A DNA stretch of 45,288 nucleotides, from NCBI GenBank assembly GCA_947506075.1, contig CANNNN010000001.1:1-45288 (forward strand), written 5' to 3'. The stretch's first letter is position 1; each line of letters begins with the position of its first letter. Below, one piece after another: positions 37,461-45,288 of the stretch. The position numbers and the translations under genes were made by a program. Under the pieces are notes generated by a model that did not search any database, was not told where the DNA came from, and saw only the letters and a program-made list of their open reading frames with translations. Source of the DNA: Methylococcaceae bacterium. GTDB taxonomy: Bacteria > Pseudomonadota > Gammaproteobacteria > Methylococcales > Methylomonadaceae.

Positions 37461-38540
37461 TTAATTAAGCAGTTTCCGAAACAACGGATATATCTGGCTT
37501 CTGCCATTTAAGGCATCGTTGATGCTTTCAACCCATCCTTGCCACTTCTGTTTCAGCTTGTTTTTGGCTTGTTCCTGACCATAAACCAAGCTAATAATTT
37601 CTTTTTTTGCTTCCAGCCAATCACCAAATTCATTGCCTGGATAAAAGCCACGTTTCTCGGCTTTGTAATAGGCTGCTTCAGCAATCATTTTATCCAGGTT
37701 AAATGCTAGCGGGGAACTGCTGCCCATCATTAATCCGCAAGTTATCAGATTGATAAGCTCTTGCGACGAGTAATCCTTAACTCCGATTTCAGTAGGTTTC
37801 AGCTCTGCTAAAGTACCAAACAAGCGGTCCCATATCGAAAATACCGCACCATAATTACGGTCATGCTCATTACGCAGGGTTGAATGGTGAACTCGATGTA
37901 AATACGGAGTGACAATGACCCGCCCTAAAAACTGCTCGCCCCGGAAGGAAATATTGGCATGATGCAGCATCGTGAACAACGTAATAACGGCCTCGTTTGC
38001 AAGCAGCAACGCCCCGTCTATGCCTAAAACGACAACCAGCATTGCCTTCAGCGTATTAATGAGGACGACTTCCAGAAAATGTATCCGGAATGCCGTTGAA
38101 ACATTCAAATAGGGGTCGCTGTGATGCACCCTGTGCAGTATCCACAAGCCATTAAAACTGTGACTGGCTTTGTGCAGGAAATACAGCATTAAATCCATCG
38201 CAAAAAACGAAAGAACCGCTTTCCATACTGGGCTTGACAGATAATTCAGCAAGCCAATGTAAGAGTAGTGCCCAGCAAAAATGAACAGCGCTGGAACCGA
38301 CAATAACGACATCACGACGCTATTAAAAATAAATAATTTTATGTTCGCCCGATAAGACTGGCGCAGCTGCTTTCTGGACTGTATTTCTCTGGGATTACAC
38401 AGCTCAAATATCACCAGCAGTGTCAAAAACAGGATCAGGATAATTGTTGCAATCCCTCCCGACGGCATGTTTACCAGCCACGTTAGATAGGATTGAACAG
38501 CGTTAGTTGAAGATACAGATTCATTTAACATGGTCATCAC
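37461..38540 (-). CDS. Sterol desaturase/fatty-acid hydroxylase family protein with C-terminal DUF2934-like domain
   Basis: His boxes HKASH, HRVHH, HHAN, HRVHH; NYGAVFSIWDRLFGT; tail IAEAAYYKAEKRGF..DWLEAKKEI. Confidence 0.85.
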   Translation of the reverse strand: MMTMLNESVSSTNAVQSYLTWLVNMPSGGIATIILILFLTLLVIFELCNPREIQSRKQLRQSYRANIKLFIFNSVVMSLLSVPALFIFAGHYSYIGLLNYLSSPVWKAVLSFFAMDLMLYFLHKASHSFNGLWILHRVHHSDPYLNVSTAFRIHFLEVVLINTLKAMLVVVLGIDGALLLANEAVITLFTMLHHANISFRGEQFLGRVIVTPYLHRVHHSTLRNEHDRNYGAVFSIWDRLFGTLAELKPTEIGVKDYSSQELINLITCGLMMGSSSPLAFNLDKMIAEAAYYKAEKRGFYPGNEFGDWLEAKKEIISLVYGQEQAKNKLKQKWQGWVESINDALNGRSQIYPLFRKLLN

Positions 38541-39062
38541 CTCAATATAGAACTGACATTATTAGTAAAGGAAAAATTATCTTAATTTTATATTAAATCT
38601 AAACCACGCAAACCAATATAATAATATTTATAAATCAATCGTATAAAATTATTTTACTGTTTAGTCAGATGGTTTCTTGTGAGAAAATTCCTAGTTGACC
38701 TGTCACTATCCGGAATTATTCCTGTAATTCACAAATTGTAGATACATGTTCTCTGTGGATTTATTAATACTGCGACAATATGCCACATTCCATTATTTAA
38801 CCGTTATAGCTAGAATAGCTGCAACTCTTGAGATGCAACTTTCCTCCTCGGAATTCAGAGCGTTATATCCTTCTCTAATGCGGCCTAACAGTCGCATTTT
38901 TTTTGCCTGCTGTTTAGGGCCGATATCTTGCAAGAAATACACCCAACTTAGGTGGTTTCCAACAACTCTAATAACCATAATTCACCCTCACAGTAAATCC
39001 GTGGCCTCTGCGGCTCAACTGTTTTTCCATGCTCATGTTGCCCAGGCTTTTGAACCTAAAAT

Positions 39063-39410
39063 TCAGCCCAGCTTAAATCCGACAAAAAAGCCCCCAACCC
39101 CACTGACACCCTTACTGGTAATACCGGTCAAGCGCTGAACCAGCATTCCACCTGAACTTTTGGCTGCTTCCGTAGCAGCACTGGCGACTTCTTGCAACTT
39201 TGCATCGGTTATACTGATGACGTCGTAATATTCCGCAACAAATAACAGTACAATGGCCGCACCTCCCAGAAACAGCACTGTGCGCAACATTTTTTTGGCA
39301 AAATAACCGACCGCCAGTCCGATAACAAACGGTGCGCCTACATTGCCCATCAAGAAGGTCGAGGAAAAGATATCGTTAGAGGCTGCTGCATCGACTGGTT
39401 GGGTACTCAT
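39063..39410 (-). CDS. FUN14-family membrane protein
   Basis: FVIGLAVGYFAKK ... GGFFVGFKLG. Confidence 0.75.
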   Translation of the reverse strand: MSTQPVDAAASNDIFSSTFLMGNVGAPFVIGLAVGYFAKKMLRTVLFLGGAAIVLLFVAEYYDVISITDAKLQEVASAATEAAKSSGGMLVQRLTGITSKGVSGVGGFFVGFKLG

Positions 39411-39827
39411 GGTTCCGGGGTTCCGCTGGTGTAATGATTAAGAGTAAGGTTGCAACTTATTAGAATGCTTAGGTAGCTTGCATAACGTTTAATATTTTAT
39501 CACTGAATTTAATCGCATCAGAATTAGATAATATTGCACCCGATCCAGGTATCTTCGTCAACTCCACACATCGCACCCTCGGCAATCCCTCCTTACCATT
39601 GGCTTCGTCTCTTAGCCGTAGCCAAGGGAAGAGACTATTCTTCCTTTGCATCTTTTTCCTGCCGCTCAACAATGAATCTAAACAACATTTCTCCACGAAA
39701 AACACGCTTAACAGGAAAGCTTTCAAAGGGATTATATGTAGACCATCACCCAAAGCGCGAACAGGAAAATAAATACAAGACATTGATTTATATCTAATCT
39801 TTCGCTGACCAACTGCGTTTTTCAGAC

Positions 39828-40601
39828 TTATGCAAGCTTAAACAATCTGTAAAAATTCTCCGTCGATGAATCTGCAATTTTATTGATTGTCGTTCCACGC
39901 AACTGAGCCAACTGTTCTGCGACATAACGCACGTAGGTTGGATAATTGGGTCTGCCGCGAAACGGTACCGGCGCAAGATACGGCGAATCGGTTTCGATAA
40001 GAAAGCGGTCGACCGGTACTTTTTTGGCTACGTCCTGAATCTCCTTGGCACTGTTAAAGGTGACGATACCGGAAAAGGAAATGTAAAAATTCAAATCCAG
40101 GGCTTGCTTCGCAAACGCCCAGTCTTCGGTAAAACAATGGATAATCCCTCCGACTTCGCTTGCACCCTCTTCTTCCAGCATCCGTAGCGTATCGTGTTTG
40201 GCTTCACGGGTATGAATAATCAACGGTTTTTTCAACGCCTTGGCGGCATGAATATGGTTTCTGAAGCGTTGGTGTTGCCAGCTCAAGTCACCTGTGCTGC
40301 GAAAATAATCCAGTCCGGTCTCGCCTATGGCTAGGACTTTTTCGGCCTGACCTAAGGCGACCAGCTCTTCAACACTGGGGTCTTGCCCCTCCTGAACATT
40401 GGGATGCACACCGACGGTCAATGATATTTGCGGATACGGGGCTACCAAAGCCTGCATCGCAGGATAAGCTTCCAGATCTATCGAAATGCATAGTAAATGT
40501 TCAATTTGACTATTTTCTGCTTCATGCATGAAACAGGCAAAATCATTTTGATAGGGGGCAAGATCGATACGATCCAGATGACAATGGGAGTCTATTAACA
40601 T
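39828..40601 (-). CDS. TatD-family nuclease (YcfH-like)
   Basis: IDSHCHL, GVHP, IGETGLD, IIHTR, IHCF, ETDSPYL. Confidence 0.93.
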   Translation of the reverse strand: MLIDSHCHLDRIDLAPYQNDFACFMHEAENSQIEHLLCISIDLEAYPAMQALVAPYPQISLTVGVHPNVQEGQDPSVEELVALGQAEKVLAIGETGLDYFRSTGDLSWQHQRFRNHIHAAKALKKPLIIHTREAKHDTLRMLEEEGASEVGGIIHCFTEDWAFAKQALDLNFYISFSGIVTFNSAKEIQDVAKKVPVDRFLIETDSPYLAPVPFRGRPNYPTYVRYVAEQLAQLRGTTINKIADSSTENFYRLFKLA

Positions 40602-40701
40602 CAGATATTCTTTGAAAATGGAAAAGTTTGTTTAAAAAATCAGGCGAAAGGCAAAGGACTAAAGGCAAAAACAAGGTGTCAACGTTTCGCCTTAGTCATT
40701 T

Positions 40702-41058
40702 TTACATAGTATGCGTCACCCGGTCATGCTGTAAAGAGCCGGCCAGATAGTTTTCAATTTTGTTGCGTGAGATACCGTTATCCTGATCGCTAAATTGCAC
40801 GCCGACGCCGACAGCTCTGAAGCCCTCCGATCCTGGCGGTGTTATCCAGATTATGGTCCCGGCAATCGGCAAGCGTTCGGTTTCGTCCATTAAGTTAAGT
40901 AACATAAAGACTTCCTGGCCCATTTCATATTGACGACTGGTGGGTATAAACAGTCCGCCGTTGGTCACAAAAGGCATGTAGGCCATGTACAATGCATTTT
41001 TATCTTTAATTGAAAGGGACAAGATGCCTTGTCCCTGCGCGGCTTCTGCCATAGTCAT
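40702..41058 (-). CDS. pilZ: Type IV pilus assembly protein PilZ
   Basis: LYMAYMPFVTNGGLFIPT, GVGVQF, THTM end; holB-pilZ-tatD synteny. Confidence 0.92.
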   Translation of the reverse strand: MTMAEAAQGQGILSLSIKDKNALYMAYMPFVTNGGLFIPTSRQYEMGQEVFMLLNLMDETERLPIAGTIIWITPPGSEGFRAVGVGVQFSDQDNGISRNKIENYLAGSLQHDRVTHTM

Positions 41059-42062
41059 GTGCTCCGGTTAAGTTCGTGCCATTGTATTAAAACTTCTTCC
41101 AACAATAACTGTTTGTTTAGTTGCGTGTCCAGTCGCAGCCTGGCAGCCAGCAATAAATCATAAAGCTTATAAAGCCCTTTTAAGTCTAGTCGTCCGGACA
41201 GTTCTTGCAACTGTCTATTCAAGTCCGGATTATATAAATATTCAACCCGGACCTGATAATAAACCCTAATTAAATCGATAATCCAGAAAGTCATCCAGAA
41301 TATCAACGGCAGTGCCGGCAGCTTGTGCCAGTCTTCGGCGATCAGGACCGGCGATTTAAGTTGCTTTGCAATCCCTATCCAGGCAGCGAAACAATCATTG
41401 CGCAACGTTAATGTTTGATCATTGACATAATTTAACGCCTGCAGAGGCGCGCCCTGCGCTAACGAGACGTTCAGCCGCAAATCCCCTCGCTCCGCTGTTT
41501 TGCAAAGAGGGGACTGGACCAGCCAATCAACCACTATTTCCTGGTCCGGTGTCACTAGCGCCAGTTTCTGGCAACGACTGATCACCGTCGCCGGTAACGC
41601 GCTTGGTTTTTCGGTGACCAACAGGATAGTGGTGCGCTCGGTTGGCTCTTCAAGACATTTCAAGAACGCGTTAGCCGCAGCGCTGTTCATCTTGTCGGCC
41701 GGATTGACAATAACAACCCGATAAGTGTCGAACTGGGGCTTTAGCGTTAATCGGGTAATCAGGTTGCGTATCTGCCCTATCCCTATGCCTTTGCCCGGCT
41801 CCTCGGGCTGTATCCGTATAAGGTCGGGATGCGTGTCGGCATTAATTAGCAAACAGCTGCTGCAATGGCCGCAAGCCAGACCGTTGGCCTGCGGTCTTGC
41901 ACACAGCAATGCAACAGCGAACTGATAAGCCAATTGCTGTTTACCCAGGCCTTTATTGCCGGTAATCAGTAAAGCCTGTGGAATCCGTTTTTGCGCAATA
42001 TAACTGCACAAATGCGCCCAACTTTGCGTTTGCCAGGGTAATAGCGCAACGATCTCTGTCAT
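41055..42062 (-). CDS. holB: DNA polymerase III delta' subunit
   Basis: CGHCSSC, HPD, AANAFLKCLEEP, SRC. Confidence 0.94.
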   Translation of the reverse strand: MTEIVALLPWQTQSWAHLCSYIAQKRIPQALLITGNKGLGKQQLAYQFAVALLCARPQANGLACGHCSSCLLINADTHPDLIRIQPEEPGKGIGIGQIRNLITRLTLKPQFDTYRVVIVNPADKMNSAAANAFLKCLEEPTERTTILLVTEKPSALPATVISRCQKLALVTPDQEIVVDWLVQSPLCKTAERGDLRLNVSLAQGAPLQALNYVNDQTLTLRNDCFAAWIGIAKQLKSPVLIAEDWHKLPALPLIFWMTFWIIDLIRVYYQVRVEYLYNPDLNRQLQELSGRLDLKGLYKLYDLLLAARLRLDTQLNKQLLLEEVLIQWHELNRST

Positions 42063-42724
42063 TTAAAGCTGCCCTGCTTTGAAGAAACTGGACTTGCACT
42101 ATTGCCGTGTAAAGTCCGAATAACATCGACTATGGCTCGCTGCACATCGAGCAACGACTGGTTGGCTTTAATCAGTTTGATGCGCTCCGGGTACAGCTCA
42201 GCCTGCAATAGATAAGCGCGCCTGACGTTCTCAAAAAAACTGATTTTTTCCGATTCGAAACGATCAAAAGCGCCGCGCTCCCTGGCTCTGCTTATGCCTA
42301 TCTCAACCGGCGCATCCAGCAACAGGGTTAAATCCGGTCTTAAAGAGCCTTGCACCAGATTTTCCAGCCAGGTTATGGTGCTGATTTTCATGTTTCGGCC
42401 ACCGCCCTGGTAAGCATAGGTCGCATCGGTAAACCTGTCGCATAACACCCAGTGTCCATGCGCCAAGGCCGGTTCAATCACATGTTTGATATGCTGGGCT
42501 CTTGCCGCAAACATCATCAATAACTCGGCCGTTTCCGAAATTGCTTCGCTATGGGTATCGAGCAATAATTGCCGTAACTTTTCGGCCAACTCGGTGCCGC
42601 CGGGTTCGCGCGTCACAACAACAGTGATGTTATGTTGCTCCAGATAGTCTTTGATAAAAGCCAGATTGGTGGTTTTTCCTACCCCCTCCCCGCCCTCCAG
42701 GGTAACAAACTTTCCTCGGGTCAT
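42059..42724 (-). CDS. tmk: Thymidylate kinase
   Basis: EGGEGVGKTT, TREPGGT, DRFTDATYAYQG. Confidence 0.96.
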   Translation of the reverse strand: MTRGKFVTLEGGEGVGKTTNLAFIKDYLEQHNITVVVTREPGGTELAEKLRQLLLDTHSEAISETAELLMMFAARAQHIKHVIEPALAHGHWVLCDRFTDATYAYQGGGRNMKISTITWLENLVQGSLRPDLTLLLDAPVEIGISRARERGAFDRFESEKISFFENVRRAYLLQAELYPERIKLIKANQSLLDVQRAIVDVIRTLHGNSASPVSSKQGSFK

Positions 42725-43728
42725 TTTTTCTTCCTTTGAAAGCTGTTAACGGCCATATTGTGATCTTTTAAACTCGCTGAAAACACATGCGTACCGTCGC
42801 CCCGGGCTACAAAATAAAGACTATCACCCTTCTCCGGATGCAGCACCGCATTCAGGGCCTCACGTCCCGGCATCGCAATCGGCGTTGGCGGCAAGCCGCT
42901 GATGACGTAGGTATTGTAAGGTGTTGCTGTGGTTAAATCCTTGGACTTAATATCGCCCTGATAACTGTCCCCTATGCCGTAAATGACGGTAGGATCGGTT
43001 TGCAACAACATGTTTTTCTCCAGTCTGCGAATAAACACGCCGGCTATCATCGGTCTTTCAGCAACAGCCGCCGTTTCCTTTTCAACTATCGACGCAAGAA
43101 TCAGCGCTTGATAGGGCGTTGTAAACGGCAGGCCTTCGGCTTTGTTCTGCCATTCCTGTTGCAATACCCGCTGCATTTTGTCATAGCCTCTTTGCAACAG
43201 GGACAAATCGGAATCATGTTTTTCAAAGAAATAGGTGTCAGGGAAAAACAAACCTTCAGGCCGAGCTACAGATAAATCCGCCCCTGCAATTTTGCTCATC
43301 ACATTGTCAAATTCGGCAGCGCTTAAGGTATGCTCAAGATAGGGATTAAGCTCTATTTCCTGGCGAATTTGCTTAAAACTCCAGCCTTCCGGAAAAGTTA
43401 TCGCATGCTGCATGGTTTTTCCCTGAACAAATAGTGCCAATAGCTCAGGCAAGGTCATACCGGATGTTAGCTCGTATTCCCCGGTTTTCAGTTTTTTAAG
43501 CGCCCTCTCCTGAACTACGATAAGCTTAAACCAGAAAGGATTAACCGCCAGCTTTTGGGTTAGCAGTTTATCGATTATACGGTCCAGCGAATCGCCTTTT
43601 TCAATTTCGATAACAACCGTGCCTCCGACTAGCGCCGGTTGACGTAGCGCATGATGGTAATTCGCCCAGGCTAAGCCACCAACAAAACCGAAGATCAACA
43701 AGAAAAGACCGATGATTTTATTGTTCAT
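42721..43728 (-). CDS. mltG: Endolytic transglycosylase MltG
   Basis: EGLFFPDTY, LASIVEKET, LQTDPTVIY, YNTY..GLPPTPI; GGAGGT RBS. Confidence 0.95.
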   Translation of the reverse strand: MNNKIIGLFLLIFGFVGGLAWANYHHALRQPALVGGTVVIEIEKGDSLDRIIDKLLTQKLAVNPFWFKLIVVQERALKKLKTGEYELTSGMTLPELLALFVQGKTMQHAITFPEGWSFKQIRQEIELNPYLEHTLSAAEFDNVMSKIAGADLSVARPEGLFFPDTYFFEKHDSDLSLLQRGYDKMQRVLQQEWQNKAEGLPFTTPYQALILASIVEKETAAVAERPMIAGVFIRRLEKNMLLQTDPTVIYGIGDSYQGDIKSKDLTTATPYNTYVISGLPPTPIAMPGREALNAVLHPEKGDSLYFVARGDGTHVFSASLKDHNMAVNSFQRKKK

Positions 43729-44557
43729 GGCCAACCTCCCTATCGATAAGCTTGTTCAGTTGCGTTTGAAGGTTTTTAGTAATCAGACCCGCTGCAAAAT
43801 TTAGCATGGCAATCTGCTTGACCGGCCAGATACCGATAATCGAATTACAGACAAATATTTCATCTGCCGATAACAGTTCTTGCTGGGTAAATTGATGCTC
43901 AATGACCGGAATATCCTGGGCAGCTGCAAGCGTGATGATAATATTGCGCATGATGCCGGCAACACCTGAGTTATTCAGGCTTGCGGTATAAACATTGTTA
44001 TTCTTGACGTAAAACAGATTACTCATTGTGCCTTCAATAACATAGCCATGACCATCGAGCATCAGTCCTTCCTGAATAGCAGGATCATGCCATTCGGCTC
44101 TCGCCAAGACCTGTTCCAGCCGATTCAAATGCTTGATACCTGCCAATGTTGGATTCAAGCCTAAACGGGTCGTGCAAAATCGCGCGACTATACCCTGCTG
44201 CTGATAAGTTTGCGGATAATCGGGATGGGGGTGTAGGCTTAATACGCGAGTAGGCTTAATGTCATCAGGTTGACGATAACCCCGACCACCCGAGCCGCGC
44301 GTGACGATAATTTTAAGCACAGCGTTAGCGGAAATCTTGCTGCGGCAAAGCTCACCAAGCTCGTAACTGAGGATTTCTACGTTTGGGAAAGGAATGTGCA
44401 GTCTTTGGCAACCTGATTTTAATCGCTCCAAATGGAAATCAACAAAAACCGGGCGTCCATCTCGTACTTCAATGGTTTCGAATAAGCCATCGCCGTATTG
44501 AAATCCGCGATCAGCTACGTCGATATAATCCTTGATTACACCATTGATCATAATCAT
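43718..44557 (-). CDS. pabC: Aminodeoxychorismate lyase
   Basis: DRGFQYGDGLFETI, GIKHLNRLEQVLAR; fabF-pabC-mltG synteny. Confidence 0.94.
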   Translation of the reverse strand: MIMINGVIKDYIDVADRGFQYGDGLFETIEVRDGRPVFVDFHLERLKSGCQRLHIPFPNVEILSYELGELCRSKISANAVLKIIVTRGSGGRGYRQPDDIKPTRVLSLHPHPDYPQTYQQQGIVARFCTTRLGLNPTLAGIKHLNRLEQVLARAEWHDPAIQEGLMLDGHGYVIEGTMSNLFYVKNNNVYTASLNNSGVAGIMRNIIITLAAAQDIPVIEHQFTQQELLSADEIFVCNSIIGIWPVKQIAMLNFAAGLITKNLQTQLNKLIDREVGHEQ

Positions 44558-44680
44558 TTTTTATCCCGACAGACTGAGCGAGCAAAATATTGCCACCGAT
44601 TCAAAGAGTAAACTTATGAAATATACCGGAGTAAGACAACTCGCAATATAAAATCCCCCAGTTTTTCCGGAATACTGACG

Positions 44681-44775
44681 CCGGCCAGGGTTTGCAACCC
44701 TGACCGGAACGTTTAAACAGGAGAGGGATTTACACATTGCAAAACGTGAGTAACGGGACTGCAAGCCTCGTCACG
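44681..44775. repeat. REP doublet family C
   Basis: CCGGCCAGGGTTTGCAACCCTGACCGG and GTAACGGGACTGCAAGCCTCGTCAC hairpins. Confidence 0.55.
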
Positions 44776-44844
44776 CCTCGATTTTAGAGTTTTTCGTGAA
44801 AAATGATTTTCTAAGATAATCAGTGAATCTGTGGCAAATTTACC

Positions 44845-45288
44845 TTATTCATAACGCTTAAAAACCAGCGAGCCGTTAGTCCCGCCAAAACCGAAGGAAT
44901 TGGACATGGCCACATCAATCTTCATATTTCTGGCAGTATTCGGCACATAATCCAGATCACATTCAGGATCCTGATTGTCCAAATTGATAGTCGGCGGGGC
45001 AATTTGATTTTTGATGCTTAATGCCGTCAGTACCGCTTCAATACCGCCTGCTGCACCCAATAAATGGCCGATCATCGATTTTGTTGAACTGATGGCAACT
45101 TTATAGGCATGATCGCCCAATGCGGCTTTCATCGCATGGGTTTCTCCAATATCACCGGCCGGTGTTGAAGTGCCGTGCGCATTGATGTAGTCTAAATCAC
45201 TGACATTTACACCGGCATCGCGCAACGCATTTCTCATGCAACGCGCTGCCCCTTCTCCGCCCTCTGAAGGTGTGGTTATATGATAAGC
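44845..45288 (-). CDS. fabF: Beta-ketoacyl-ACP synthase II, 3' part (continues beyond the window)
   Basis: [22 protein letters not shown] and [10 protein letters not shown] motifs. Confidence 0.95.
   Translation of the reverse strand, partial: AYHITTPSEGGEGAARCMRNALRDAGVNVSDLDYINAHGTSTPAGDIGETHAMKAALGDHAYKVAISSTKSMIGHLLGAAGGIEAVLTALSIKNQIAPPTINLDNQDPECDLDYVPNTARNMKIDVAMSNSFGFGGTNGSLVFKRYE

Noticed and set aside
38746-39138. Overlapping 130-aa (+) and 61-aa (-) ORFs in an AT-rich gap
   Set aside because: No motifs or clear RBS, and overlap with the FUN14 gene; may be a decayed gene but cannot be supported
39469-39797. Short ORFs or possible ncRNA between FUN14 and tatD
   Set aside because: No recognisable protein, tRNA or riboswitch pattern by eye
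277-44764. Numerous antisense and alternative-frame ORFs in the six-frame track
   Set aside because: Shadow ORFs overlapping well-supported genes or repeats, with no independent motifs

Overview
Bacterial chromosomal window, most consistent with a gammaproteobacterial methanotroph of the Methylococcaceae (Methylobacter-like). That assignment is inferred from gene order, protein style and repeat families and is not proven. Most of the window is housekeeping: uup-cinA, pyrF, lepA-lepB-DUF4845-rnc-era-recO-pdxJ, cobO, nirBD, and fabF-pabC-mltG-tmk-holB-pilZ-tatD. The stand-out accessory region is a 9-kb signalling module at 3450-12287. It encodes a giant Ser/Thr pseudokinase-ATPase-GAF-histidine kinase, two tandem response regulators whose output domain is a KaiB (circadian clock protein)-like fold, and a PAS-PAS-GGDEF-EAL enzyme. 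There is no kaiC in the window. A nitrogen-regulated region (28.4-37.3 kb) has four sigma54-type promoters, NtrC-like sites, a NasT-like ANTAR regulator, and ANTAR-type RNA hairpins in front of a degenerate Bfd-like ORF and an EAL gene. Several REP/MITE-like palindromic repeat families are scattered through the window. One is inserted in frame inside nirD and another appears to extend pdxJ. All calls come from motif reading by eye; no database search was run.
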